A stretch of DNA of 64,000 nt from Eledone cirrhosa (taxonomy: Eukaryota), in NCBI GenBank assembly GCA_964016885.1, contig OZ024763.1:21080001-21144000 (forward strand), read 5' to 3'. Each line of letters starts with the position of its first letter. Within the stretch, counting starts at the first letter, position 1. The notes below the pieces were generated by a model that had not been told where the DNA came from, did no database searches, and saw only the letters and a program-made list of their open reading frames with translations. The translations under genes were made by a program, and so were the position numbers. Of this stretch, positions 52,201-63,632 are shown piece after piece.

Positions 52201-53013
52201 GGGATGGAAGAAGTTTAGGGAACTACTACCACTGCTAGCTGCAAAAGGCTTCTCCCTCAGAATGAAAGGCAGACTGTATGATGCGTGTATCCGAACAGCG
52301 ATGTTGCATGGTAGTGAGACCTGGGCGCTGAAGGTGGAAGACTTACGTAGATTAGAGAGAAACGAAGCCTGCATGCTCCGATGGATGTGTAACAGTAATA
52401 TACGTGAACGACAAAGCATAAATGAATTGAGAGAGAGACTGAGCATAAGAGGAATCAAATGCTGCGTGCAGGAGAGGCGGTTACGCTGGTATGGACATGT
52501 GATGCGTATGAAGGATGACAGCTGCATAAAAAGGTGCAGAGCACTAGAAGTTGATGGAAACCGCGGAGTGGGGAGACCCAAGATGACTTGGGATGAGGTG
52601 ATAAAAGCTGACCTTACCCAACTACACCTCTCAAAGTCAATGACACACGACCGTGACTTCTGGCGTCACGCAGTAATACAGGGTACCCGACCTCCCATGG
52701 GTACATGCTGAAGCATATAAACAATATGCCCCCCCCCCCCCCCCCCACCGCAAGGTGGTCGTGGAGGTGCCACGGCAAAAAAGCACCCAGCCCACACTGT
52801 AAAGTGGACGTGTAGGCGCCACGAAAAAGCACCCAGCACTCACTGTAAATGAGGTTGGTGTTAGGAAGGGCATCCAGCTGTAGAAATCAAGCCAGATCAG
52901 TTCCTGTATGAGCAAGGCATGGTCAGCCGACCAGACACTGCCCACAACAGGACAACCCGTCTAACCCATGCTAGCGTGGAAGAACGGACGTAAAACGGTG
53001 ATGATGATGATGA

Positions 53014-53017
<4 letters not shown>
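49270..53017 (+). mobile_element. Near full-length RTE LINE (family A): ~300-bp 5' leader, ORF, ~300-bp 3' UTR, (GAT)n tail
   Basis: Unique C-rich leader upstream of the ORF. 3' UTR ends ...ccatgctagcgtggaagaacggacgtaaaacggt(gat)n. Both flanks are (TA)n-rich. The 5' boundary is approximate. Confidence 0.9.
49592..52711 (+). CDS. RTE-clade non-LTR retrotransposon single ORF (APE endonuclease - reverse transcriptase with inserted PHD-type finger), uninterrupted, 1039 aa (family A)
   Basis: APE motifs VGTINVGSM, VCCVQETR, SAYAPQ, IIAGDFNGHVG, QLDFIL, SQH. RT motifs [61 protein letters not shown]-terminal RLRWYGHVMRM...GRPKMTW. ATG is preceded by an in-frame TGA. Confidence 0.96.
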   Translation: MNLRATKHPREAPTQRPSPTSVDKCPKLRVGTINVGSMKGRAGEIVEMLERKEVDVCCVQETRWRGGSARVLVGKSQCYKFFWVGNDDGMGGVGILLADKWVDKVISVYRVNARIIKLRLVLNKTITTIISAYAPQSGLPDELKDRFYESLIHTTALTDDKDFLIIAGDFNGHVGKHCDGFNRVHGGHGVGTRNEEGFRLLEFCDANDMSICNTNFKKPDNHLITYRSGEHSSQLDFILIRGRDRWTVVNTKAFPSEECTSQHSLVVSDLTVRTRRALKQRPTWRRKIWKLKVPSTSNRFKDILLNAYDSKEEQIETFNVEENWEFLKNNLLEATDEVCGWSKTSSRRRVTWWWNNKVDEAVKAKRQAWKEWKNGGSRVHYIETKREARRQVYLARREAEDRKFKHVLQREDQKQEVFKIARQCVRDSCDVIGEKCIRNDKGELALTSAEKKDAWKSHYDRLLNEENAWEEETLPHVDPIEGPAVLVSGSVVSKAIRDMKIGKATGPSGIAAEMLKASGSVGHTITTRIVNQVILEGAIPKDWCSSIIVNCYKGKGDALDRGNYRGIKLMDQVMKVTERVIAQLIRDRVNIDEMQFGFVPGKGTTDALFLVRQLQEKYLAKSKPLYLAFVDLEKAFDRVPRAVIWWALRKLGVDEWLVKAVQAMYRGAVSKVRIGNEYSEEFSVQVGVHQGSVLSPLLFIIVLQAITEEFKTGCPWELLYADDLALIAESMVELENKFQTWKQGLERKGLKVNMTKTKVLISRRENRTQIPSGKWPCSVCRKGVGRNSILCPKCKQWVHKRCSGISGSLIKNVGFTCSSCAETASKQPQETSTTNLWEGPVETVDSFCYLGDRISNGGGCSESTITRVRTGWKKFRELLPLLAAKGFSLRMKGRLYDACIRTAMLHGSETWALKVEDLRRLERNEACMLRWMCNSNIRERQSINELRERLSIRGIKCCVQERRLRWYGHVMRMKDDSCIKRCRALEVDGNRGVGRPKMTWDEVIKADLTQLHLSKSMTHDRDFWRHAVIQGTRPPMGTC

Positions 53018-53057
<40 letters not shown>

Positions 53058-53676
53058 ATATATATATATATATATAAATATATATACACACACACATACA
53101 CACACATATATACACACACATATATACATATATATCTGTTTTGAAGATAGTTTAGGGTTGATTTGAAAGGATTGAATATATCTATGGATATGAATAAACA
53201 GAGATATTTGAAGTGGAGAAATCTAAATGTAAGTAACATTTATTGACAGTTGGAATCTTAATTTTGAATATCAGAAAAGTTAAACTTAGGAAATTATAGA
53301 GGAGCCTGAGTGACATTGTAGAATTTAATGTGGGAATTCATGAGCCATTATAGAGTGCCATCTCTATAATTCACTCTATAATGTATCATTCCACATGTCA
53401 GATCATCATCATCATCATCATCATACGTCCATTTTTCCCTGCTTGCAAGGGTGGGATATATATACTAATTTTATACGCTCATATGTATATACATATCATC
53501 ATCATCATCTTCGTTTAACGTCCATTTTCCACGCTAGCATGGGTTAGACGGGAGTTGTCCCACTTGAGGCAAGGCTGGTCGGGTGACCGTGTCTCGCTCA
53601 TATAAGATTATCTGGCATATATATATATATATATATACATATGTATATACACACACATATATATATATATACATAT

Positions 53677-54021
53677 GGAGGCACATGGCTTAGTGGTTAG
53701 AGCATTGGGCTTGCAATCGAAAGGTTGTGAGTTCAATTTTCAGACCGAGTGATGTGTTGTTGTTTCCTTGAGCAAGACACTTTATTTCACATTGCTCCAG
53801 TTTACTCAGCTGTAGAAATGAGATGATAGGGACTGGGGTCCCTATCATTCCACTGCAAAAGTGGTTGTGGAGGTGCCACGGCAAAAAAGCACCCAGCACT
53901 CACTATAAATGAGGTTGGTGTTAGGAAGGGCATCCAGCTGTAGAAATCAAGTCAGAATCAGTTCCCGTCCCACCCCTGCAAGCAAGGAAAAAGCAGACGT
54001 AAAATGATGATGATGATGATC
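53677..54021 (+). mobile_element. tRNA/CORE-like SINE (family 2) with RTE-derived tail
   Basis: A box tggcttagtgg, B-box-like gttcaatt, CORE-like ccttgagcaagacacttt, then the RTE-A UTR module, the RTE-B terminus and (GAT)n. Confidence 0.88.
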
Positions 54022-54054
54022 ATATATATATACACACACATATATGTGTGTGTG

Positions 54055-54141
<87 letters not shown>

Positions 54142-54296
54142 ATGCTTTGGGAGGGTCATATTGCCAATAAGATCACACACACCAGTTGCTTTCACTCCAA
54201 TTTATTATAAATGAAATTTATAAATTTAAGAATTTATAAATTTCCGGTTGGTTGGTTGGTTCCACAACCAGACGATTGTTCATATATTCAGAAACG

Positions 54297-54338
<42 letters not shown>

Positions 54339-54669
54339 ATTTTCTCCTTGTGCACTGTTTAATGCACAAAAATCAAAACATATTATTAAAGGGAACAAAA
54401 ACAAATACAATAAAAAGGTGTGGGAAATGAAAAGAAAAAAAAAAAAGAAAAGGGGAATCAAGCAATGAAAGTGAGGAAGAGGGGGAAGGATTGAGACACT
54501 ACACCCCAACTCAGAGGAGTGCTTTATCCACAACCCCGCAGACAAAGTGGCAATATCTTTACTGCCGAGAATGGCCAGAGACACCTGCTGCATAAGCCAC
54601 TCCATCTCCCGGAGTTCCCTCCTCCTGCTTTAACCCTTTATCATTTATATTACTTTATATATACTATTG

Positions 54670-54785
54670 TATGAAAGGCAAAGTTAACCTTGGCGGGATT
54701 TGAACTCAGATCATAAAGGGCCGTAACTCAATGCTTTAAAGCATGGCGTCCAACCCTCTACTGATACTGCCAATCCACCGCCCTC
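54670..54785 (-). mobile_element. SINE family 1 5' half abutting the (AAT)10 at the 3' end of the Tx1-like LINE
   Basis: ggcaaagttaacc...atttgaactcag...tgccaatccaccgcc. Confidence 0.85.
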
Positions 54786-54816
<31 letters not shown>

Positions 54817-55062
54817 CTTTCTTTATTAACCACAAGGGTTTACATAAAGTAGACATTAAGGACAGTACAGGACAATACAGGACGGTACAAATGGGCATTT
54901 CTGCATGTAAAAAAAACAGAGGATGTAATAAAAAAATAACAATGAAAAATTCCCCAATAGGGGGGAGACTTCCGAGGGACATTTGTGGAGAAAGCCCATT
55001 AAAAGGCCACAGTGACCCTGACCACCAGAGCAAGTGCCCTCTCCCAGTTTTCCACCTTTAAT

Positions 55063-58000
55063 TTACAGACACATACTCAGAGTAGGCCCATTCACTTGGG
55101 CCATTCTTGCTTCTCTCACCCATCTTTCAACAAAATGCTGGGAAGAGAACACTTCCCCCTCTACCCTGATTTTCCTTTTCAAATGAAATTTGACAAAGTT
55201 AATCAGGGCATCACCGAAGAGGTAAGTGCTCGTCTTCAGCCCTTTCAAACGTGTCCACCACACTATCTCTTTCGCCATGGCCACCAGACAGATAAAAACT
55301 GCCTGCCCTTCCTGGCTGAAGGAAGAGGGCGGGGCAATCCTCACGATGGACTCAGCTGATAGCCGGATCCGTCCTACACGCGACAGCAGGTGTTCGACAT
55401 AAACCCACAAGTCAGCAATGCTCGGACACTGGACGAGTGCGTGCAGGACATGCCCGACTGACGGCACCTCCATGCCTGTAGAGTTTATCCCGAACTGGCA
55501 AAGCTCCTCGGTAACACTGCTAGGCCAGGGATTTCTGGAAGTTGTCCATAGGCCCCAGCCCGAAAGTCCTTCCGAAGAGATTGACTAGTTTATTTTCGTA
55601 GACGCCTAGAGTTTCTCCAAGTACATCGTCGCTCTTCCCCTCCACTAATGCTCTATAGAACGCCAAGGTGGAGTTTCCACCGATCACATTGCCTGATTGG
55701 TCGAGGGCTGTGAGCGCCTGAAGACATTCCAGTCTCCAAGCGCTCCCTCTCGGTCTTCGCTTGACCCAGGACTGCAGCTCCGTCAAGCTGGGGAAAGACG
55801 TGTCTAGCAAACGGCGAGCACACCTGATCACCGTCAAGGAAGAGGTAGAGATGTCGTAGCCTGAGCATCATCAGCCACGGCATGCCCAGCCCTCCACGTA
55901 GCGGGTGTTGACAGCAGATGGACCGCCTGACCATCGGAGCGCGTCCCTTCCACAAAAAGTGAAAGAGCAAATGCTCCAGCGCAGTCAGGCGGGGCTTAGG
56001 ACAAGGTACGACGGTCAGGCGGTAGTAGATGATGGACACAATGTACGCGTTAGCCACCTCTGCTCAACCTTTTCGGGATAGCTTCCTCTCCACCCATTTC
56101 TGGGTGAGAGAAGCCACCCTGCTCATCACCTCATCCCAGTATTTGCCGTCTGGAGGTCTGGACTGAACCAGACCCCTAGCAATTTAACCAGTCCATCTGT
56201 CCAGCGCCCGACGACGTTGTTGGACGGCATGGACCTGCCTCTCCAGGTGCCGAACTGCAGGCCCACTGACTTTTCCTGGTTGATGATTGCTCCTGTCACC
56301 GCTTCGTATTCTCTTAGTGTAGTGCCGATCGCCTTGATGTGTTTGGCGTTCGACACCACTTCGGTGACATCGTCCGCATATGCTGACACGGATCTTCCGT
56401 ATCCTAGTTCACGCGGGACCCCCCTCAACGTCTCCAGTTTGTGCAGTAATGGCTCGAGAGTCAATACGTACAAGAGGGACAAGAGGGGACATCCTTGGCG
56501 GACCGAGCGCATGATGTTGAACAGTTCCGAAAGGTGACCGTTCACTCTCACCACAGAGCAGATGTCGCTGTGCATGGCAGCGATCCAGCCTCTGAAGACG
56601 GGCCCAAAGCCTGCCGCCCTCAGGACTGCCGCTAGGTAACGATGGTCGACCCTAATGAAAGCTTTCGACTGATCTAAATTGATCAAGGACCCACCCGTGC
56701 CAGGTTCCCTAGCTACCCTCTCTATGATGTATCGCATGAGGTGGAGGTTGTCGTGGATGGATCTGTCGGGAATGGCGCACGTCTGCGCCTCTCCCACCAG
56801 ACCACCAACGACAAGCGCCAACCTCTTTGCTAGCACCTTGGCCAAAATCTTGAACTCTGTGTTTAGCAGAGTTATGGGCCTAAAATTATCTACGTTATCC
56901 CCCTTGTTCTGATCCTTTCTCAGCAGCGCCACAGTTCCTCGGCTCACAGAGCTGGGAATTCTCCCGTTTTGTTGCCAGTTGCAGTAGACGTCCGCCAAGA
57001 GGCCTCCGAACAAGTCTGGCATCTGTACGTAAAGTTCATAGGGCAGACCATCCAAACCAGGCCATTTACCCCTTGTGCAGCCAGTCATTGCCTCCCGTAC
57101 ATCAGCGGCTGTTATCGGCTTTTTGCAACACTCCGCCTCAGTGGCCAAGAGCCGCGGCAGTCCATCGAGATAGACACTAAAGTCCATCTCTCGATCCGGC
57201 CCGCCGCTGCCCCCGAACAGCTGTGCGAAGTGTCGCTGAAAAGCTTCACACATTTGCCCGGGATCGAGTAGCAGGCGCCCATCGTAGTCCACCAAAGACC
57301 GGATCGTGGCTTTGTTGCCACGACGCGCCTCCGCCACTTGGGCCCATTGAACAGCTTTCGTCCCCTCGTGTCTGAGAGCACGCACCCTAGCTCTGACAAC
57401 GTAAGCTTCATGCTTTGCATTGAAGAATTGGTCAAGGGCCAATTTCGCCGCAAGTACATCAGTCGCGATGCCTTTGCTAAGCGCCTCGTCTAATTTTCTA
57501 ACTAATTCCCCTCTGCTCTATTTTTCTCTATTGCTAAAGCCTTACTAAACCTAATGGACTCTATTCTAATTGCTCTTTTCAGAGCAAACCACCACTTGTT
57601 GTTGATGATGGCCCCCATCAACGCCTGCTTAACTAGTTCGCTAATCCGGTCTCTGTAGGCCTTGTGCGCTGGTAAGGACGCGTTTAGCTTCAAGTAGCCG
57701 GGTCCTCGTCTATGAAGCCTATCTAAGTCAAGCACACAGATCACAAATTTGTGGTCCGTGTAGCTGACTATCTTGAATTGTGGACAGCCTATGCTAGACC
57801 TATCTATTTCCCTACAAAATACTCTATCTAGATATGATCTGGATGACCCTATGCGATTTGTCCAAGTCCACATTGGCACATTTGGGAAATCTAATCGGTA
57901 CCTGTCAGACAGTTCAAAACGCCTGAGCAGGTTGGTGAGGCTCTTGCTCCCTCCTCATCTATCCGCTAATCCCACACAGTCCCAGCGTGCATCTAAGATC

Positions 58001-58430
58001 CCGTTCCAGTTGCCCACTAACACTAAAGAGCAGGATGTTCCAAGAAAGGTCTCCAGACGCCAGAAGAAATCAGGCCCCCTGCTCCTGTCGGGGCATAGAC
58101 GGCCACTAGCCTGAAAGCTTGCCCATCTCCGCTGGTCACGTCCAGCACCACCAACTTACCTTCTGGGTTCAGGAAGATGGCCCGTATGGCGAGATCCAAA
58201 CCTCTCCGAAAAAGCACAGCAACTCCTCCCCCCGATCCCGGACGGCTGGGAGATGCGTACACATCGTAGCCGCCGAAGATCGGTGCGAAGGCCCGTGCTT
58301 CGGAGATTCTGGTCTCACTGATGGCCACTACATCTATGTTTAGTGACCTGAGGTCGTTGAGCAGGTAGCCCTGCTTCCATGACGACCCCAAGCCACGCGC
58401 ATTTATGCTGCCTATTCTGAGTGAGGTCAT
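55063..58430 (-). pseudogene. Tx1/L1-like ORF2 remnant (APE-RT-C-terminal Cys/His), multiple frameshifts
   Basis: MTSLRIGSINARGL, ISETR, VAVYAP, SYLDRVF, YTDH, LNASL, PGLDGLPYE, NFRPITLLN, QTCAIPDRSIHDNL, VRQGCP, SAYADDVT, HALVQC. Confidence 0.93.
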
Positions 58431-58542
58431 GTTGAAATGGAGTGGAAAAGATGGGAAAGACCACTTACCTTACTTCTCGTAGAGGAAGGACGGTTTTTTT
58501 TCATCCTTTTCACTGCTTGTGGCCTCCTCAGGAAGGATGTCC

Positions 58543-60294
58543 TTATAAATCCTGCTGGAGAGTGTTTGTCGGAAGTCTCCGATGTCTTTGGGGAATTTTT
58601 GTTTTAGTGTCGTGTACGTTTTCTGTGTGATGCGAGTGATTATATGTGTGGAGGTGGTGTGAACTTTTGGGTTGTTGTGTAGTCTTTTTCTGTGATCTGG
58701 TGTTGTGTTGGATGTAGTGTAATAAGTGGTTGTTGTTCAAATTTAATGCTGTGTAGTGTGTATCGTTTTGGTTGTTTTGTTTTGTTTGCGTTTGTTGTGG
58801 GTTTGTCTCTGTTTCGCTTTTTGGTGACTTTTGTGGTGTTGGTGATGGTGGTGTTAGGGTTAATGATGGTGATGGTGTTGGTGTTTGTGGTGATGGGGTT
58901 GGTGATGCTGGTGTGGATGGTGGCATATCTGTCCTAACTTTTTTGTTTGATAGTTTATTTGTTTCCCTCTGTATTTTGTTTTTGGAGGGGGAGGGAAGAG
59001 AATTTTTTCATTTTTGGTTTCTTTTTTTCTTTTTTCCTGATACCGTTTCCCACTCCTCGTCGTCACAATCTGTCTCCAGTTGTGATAGGCCGGGGAGTGG
59101 AAAATCCTCCACAGGTTTTGGTTGTGGCATGGTGGATGATGTAGGCGCTTCTGCTGTTGCTGCTGCAGTTGTTGCTGCCATCTCTGCTGCTGGTGGTGTT
59201 GATGGTTGAGTCACTGGGGTGGGTAGGAGAGGTGGCCTCAACCTTTTAGCCTGAGGGCAGAAAGCCCTTAGGTGGGTTCCTTCACCACAAACAACACACC
59301 TAGGCCTTCTGCCCTCGACAATTACGGTGAGGTGGCTGCCATCAGTGAGGTCTATTACCTCTGGGATCTCCTCAATGCTTTTTTGGTCTGCTTGGATCAG
59401 GAGCTCCATCCCAGATCTGGACCAGTTCTCCTGCTTTTCTTTTGCTATTTTGATTATCTTGGTGTTGGCTTCGATGCCGGCGAGGACGGCAGCTATTAGC
59501 CAGGGAATTTCGATGGCTGGTGGAACGTGGGTGACCCTGATCTTTACGAGTCTCTGGCCACAATAGCTTGGGACGAGTGTGAAGTCATCACTTCTTAATG
59601 GGGCATGGAGTGTTCTCTAGCCTCCTGTGGTGTTTCAAAGAACACGTCCACGGTTCCATATTTCTGCCCACGTCTGATGTGGGTTTTTTTTGCCCACACA
59701 TGTCCCAAAGCTTTTTGGATTTGGGATTCGGATGCCCGTTCCACTCGGCGCGATTTTATATTAATTGTTCGATAAGACACGGTGCATAGGCGCCGATGCT
59801 CCATTTTATTAGGTGGGGGGGGGGGGGGGGGGGGAGGCTGACCCTGTACCCATCTTTCTTTACCATTTTTTTTTGGCTTCTTCTAATTCCTCCTGAGTTA
59901 CCTGAAATGCTTCGCACTGTTTTGCTACTCTGGCAAAACTCAGGGTGGTTTTCTTAATGTCATTGTTGCTGTTGTTGTTATCGTTATTTTTGTTATTATT
60001 AATTTTAGTTTCAGTTGTGGTGGTGGTGGCGCCAGTGGTGTTCGGTGTGGAAGAGTTCATTTTGGTTGAATTCATTTCGATATCACGAGTTAATTTATTT
60101 TTTTCTTTTGTTTCTGTTGTCGCGGTGGTGGTGGCGGCTTTAACACCTGCAGTCATTGGTAATGGCGGGAAATGAATGTCTGACTGAGACAAATTTAAAA
60201 TATTGCTACTGCTTATATTTTTAGTGTTGGAAAACATAGTAATATTTACAATGGTGGTGTCGGTGTGAGAAACGAGTGACTCTGAGTCAGCCAT
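58543..60294 (-). pseudogene. Tx1/L1-like ORF1 remnant (CCHC zinc knuckle, putative RRM-like segment)
   Basis: Knuckle CVVCGEGTHLRAFC (C-x2-C-x4-H-x4-C) at ~59257-59298, an EWETVSGKKKKR motif and a GTVDVFF segment. Split across several frames, including near the poly-G at 59815-59835. Confidence 0.75.
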
Positions 60295-60500
60295 GATTTT
60301 TCAAAGAAAAAATTTTGTTTGATAATTATAAAAGTTTAAATTTTGGGCTCAATCTTTTTGGGTGTCCTTTTCAGATAACAATGTATGTGCACTTATATAC
60401 AGTTAGCAATAAAAATTTTCCATGAATGGCAATTTTAAACAACTGAAAATAACAAACCCTTGCGGAGCTCACGATGATACGATTTACTACGTAGGTCGCC

Positions 60501-60532
<32 letters not shown>

Positions 60533-61186
60533 TGCAATGATAAAAGGTACCCTCTAAACAATAAATATTATTTATTTATATCTGAAATGTAGGATTTTTT
60601 TTCTTCAAAATAAATAATTAGCTGGCAGATAGTAAAAGAATATTTTTATCTTCATGTATTTTGTTTTCAAGTTGTTCAGCATTTGAACAAAATGTATTTT
60701 TCATGTCTTTAATGTCTGTAAACAGATAAATTTTAGGCTTAACTTTCTCTTGAGAGAGAGGGGAAAAAAATATCTAATAGAAAAGTCAGCAAACATGGTG
60801 GCTTCTTCTGGTTGTCTTTTAATAAAATATAAATTATCATCATCATCATCACTGTTTAAAGTCTGTTTTCCCTGTTGGCATTGATTGGACATGTCAACTC
60901 TGATTGATGAGTACTGAAGCAGAGCTTCTGACCTGAAGGTTTGCTGGGGGCCTCCCCTCCTGACATACAATCCTGTACTCTACTTAGTGAGTGCCTTTTA
61001 CTGTGGCACCAATACTAGGTAAGTTGTGATGTCAGCCGGCAGGAGACCCAGGAGTAGAACCCTGAGAGCAAGATGGTTGGAATAACATCCATGAGCTCAG
61101 CTGGTTTCGATTGGGATTCTAGCCGGATCAGTTGGTGATGGTTGCTTCTTCTGATAGTACCTGCACCACACCACCTCAGATTCCTC

Positions 61187-61638
61187 TTAACCCTTTAGCA
61201 TTTACATTACTCCATATTTACTATTATATTTTCATAATAGTAAATATAGAGTAATGTAAATCACATAATTATCTCACATAATATTGAATCTATGAGATTT
61301 TGATAATATTTATTTTGAGAACAATACCTTAACATCAGTATGAATGGCTGGTTACAGCCAGTTTGAACAGAATGAAGTGAGAGAATTCTGGCCAGATATG
61401 GTCAGTTTAACTCTTTAATATTTACATTACTCTATATTTACTATTATATTTTCATGGTAAAGGTTTTACCTCATATAACTATCTCACATAATATTGAATC
61501 TATGAGATTTTGATGTTATTTATTTTGAGAACAATACCTTAACATCAGTATGAGCAGCTGGTTACAGCCAGTTTTTTTAACAGAAAGAGATGAGAGATTT
61601 CTGGTTGGATATGGCTAGTTTAAATGCTAGACAGTTAA
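61187..61638. mobile_element. Tandem dimer of the same piggyBac-type MITE, opposite orientation, without the SINE
   Basis: ttaaccctttagcattt start; internal ttattttgagaacaataccttaaca occurs twice; ends aatgctagacagttaa. Confidence 0.75.
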
Positions 61639-63632
61639 ACTCAACTCTTCCCCCAGCTCTGTCATTCTCTCACGTTTACATTGCACATCGAATGAATAGA
61701 AATCTAGTTGAGAAACTTAACTCAATACAACTTGATTCAATACAATTTCAGCTCCATGATTCTTCAATTAAATCTCAATACTTGTAAATAAGATTAAACT
61801 TTCTTTCCATACTTCACAAACTAATCTGACATAATTAGTCATACCTCTAAACTCTTCTGATAGGTAGCTTACTTTATTGATTATCCTTTATTCATTTACT
61901 GTCTCAGACAATTATAGAAAATGAAGAAATCAGTTTTTTTTAATTAAAAAAAAAAAAAATAAACAACAGCAACAAACAATAACAACAAAGACCTCTCGAT
62001 TTCTTTCATCAATGTAATGACAAAAGTTGAGTTTATGTTCAAAGTAGCTATCTTATTTATTGATAGAATAATCAAATTGCCCAAATAGCAGCTATTTCTT
62101 GGTTTATACAAAAGTGGAGGTGTGTGGCCTAGTGGTAGGTGTGTCTGACTTACGATTATAATATTTGGGTTGTGTGTTGTGTTCATGAGCTCAAGAACAC
62201 AACACATATCCCAGTCCAGGAATTGAACCCACTAGGTCAAGCCCCTTCACTAAATATCTTTAGTAAGATATTAATTCAATGTATTTAAAGTATCTCTGGA
62301 AGTAATTCTCAAATAAGTTCTAGAATGTATGTCTGGGCCCATAACTCCTGAGGGAGTCGTAGGGGTGCCATATATGCCATTTCTAAGGCATTTTTAACTT
62401 ACAGTGTTTCTAGAGATTTTTAACATAGTGTTTTTAGGGCATTTTTAAGCCTGCCAGAGCCCATCTACTCTCCAAGTTTGAATACAGCAGATTTCTTCCA
62501 GAGAAGGACAGAGAGTGAGAGAAAAGAAGTGATAAAGAGATATAGAGGAAGAATCGACTCCAGTACTAGACTGGTACTTTTTGTATCGACTTTAAATGGA
62601 TGAAAGGTAAAGTTAACCTCAGTGGGATTTAAACTCAGAGAGTAGAGACTCAGAACAAATACTGCAAAGCATTCTCTCCGGCATTCTAACGACTGTTAAT
62701 TTGCTGCTAAAATCTAGAATAATTCTAGTCAAAGAAACATTTAGAAAAATAGACAGCAACAAAAAAAAAGAAAGAAAATTTTTTGGATAGTTAAAAAAAA
62801 CAACAAAATTTATAATTAGTTTAAAAAAGACAATTTATAAGAAACTATTTTTAAATGACAGTCATTTAAATTCACATATATTAAGTTAAAGTTACTCTCT
62901 GTTGATTTTTTCGTGAACTAATTTCTTTTATGTTATTGATATCCAATATTATTATTGAAGATAGAATTTAACAAAAAAAAAAAAAAAAATTCTTGAAATA
63001 AATTTTAAGTGGATTGGAAGAATCGTTAGAGCGTTGGTCAAATGTTCTGTGGTATTTGTTCTGGCTCTTTACAGCCTGAGTTCATAGAAAACAAAGACCA
63101 AAGATGACTTTTTTGTATATTGGATGTAAATGTGGATATTGGATGGACAGAGTATAAACGGGAGAGGGAAAGATAGATAGAGAGAGAGAAGGGCCTGGAG
63201 AGAAAGATAGGTAGAGAGAGAAGGGAAAGGGGAGATAGAGAGAGAAAGACAAGGAGAGAGAGGTGGAAGAGTAACAAAAATGTAAATGTCAAATACAGGC
63301 ACATACACACAGTCTTATCATCATCACCATAATCATCATTACCATCTTCATCATCACCACCATCACTTCCACCGTTTAATGTCTATTTTCAATGCTTGGT
63401 TGGGTTAGACGGATTGTCATATTATGAGGTTAGGCAGGTCAGGTGACCATGTCCTGCTCATATGTTCTGTATTATTTGGCTGGATGCCCTTAATATAGCA
63501 ACAGAAGTATGTTTAGAAAGCGGTGAGCGAAGTTTGAAATAGAAATATAAGGCTTTGCTGTAACATTTGACTAAATGATATAATCTAATGTTGGGGCATG
63601 TAAACCCACTGAATGGAAAAGAATGGGTATCA

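Larger units (their letters stand above)
54816..60500 (-). mobile_element. Full-length, frameshifted Tx1/L1-group LINE (~5.7 kb) flanked by (AAT)10 on both sides
   Basis: ORF1 and ORF2 remnants are in the canonical order. The element starts GGCGACC on the minus strand and has AATAAA near the 3' end. (AAT)10 lies at 54786-54815 and 60501-60530. Confidence 0.9.

Noticed and set aside
51466-52581. Antisense ORFs of 148-230 aa over RTE copies
   Set aside because: They are shadow frames of the RT coding strand with no independent motifs.
61674-61703. Possible 30-nt minus-strand micro-exon (ag|...DFYSFDVQCK|gtgaga)
   Set aside because: Splice signals are weak and there are no partner exons; expected by chance in 64 kb.
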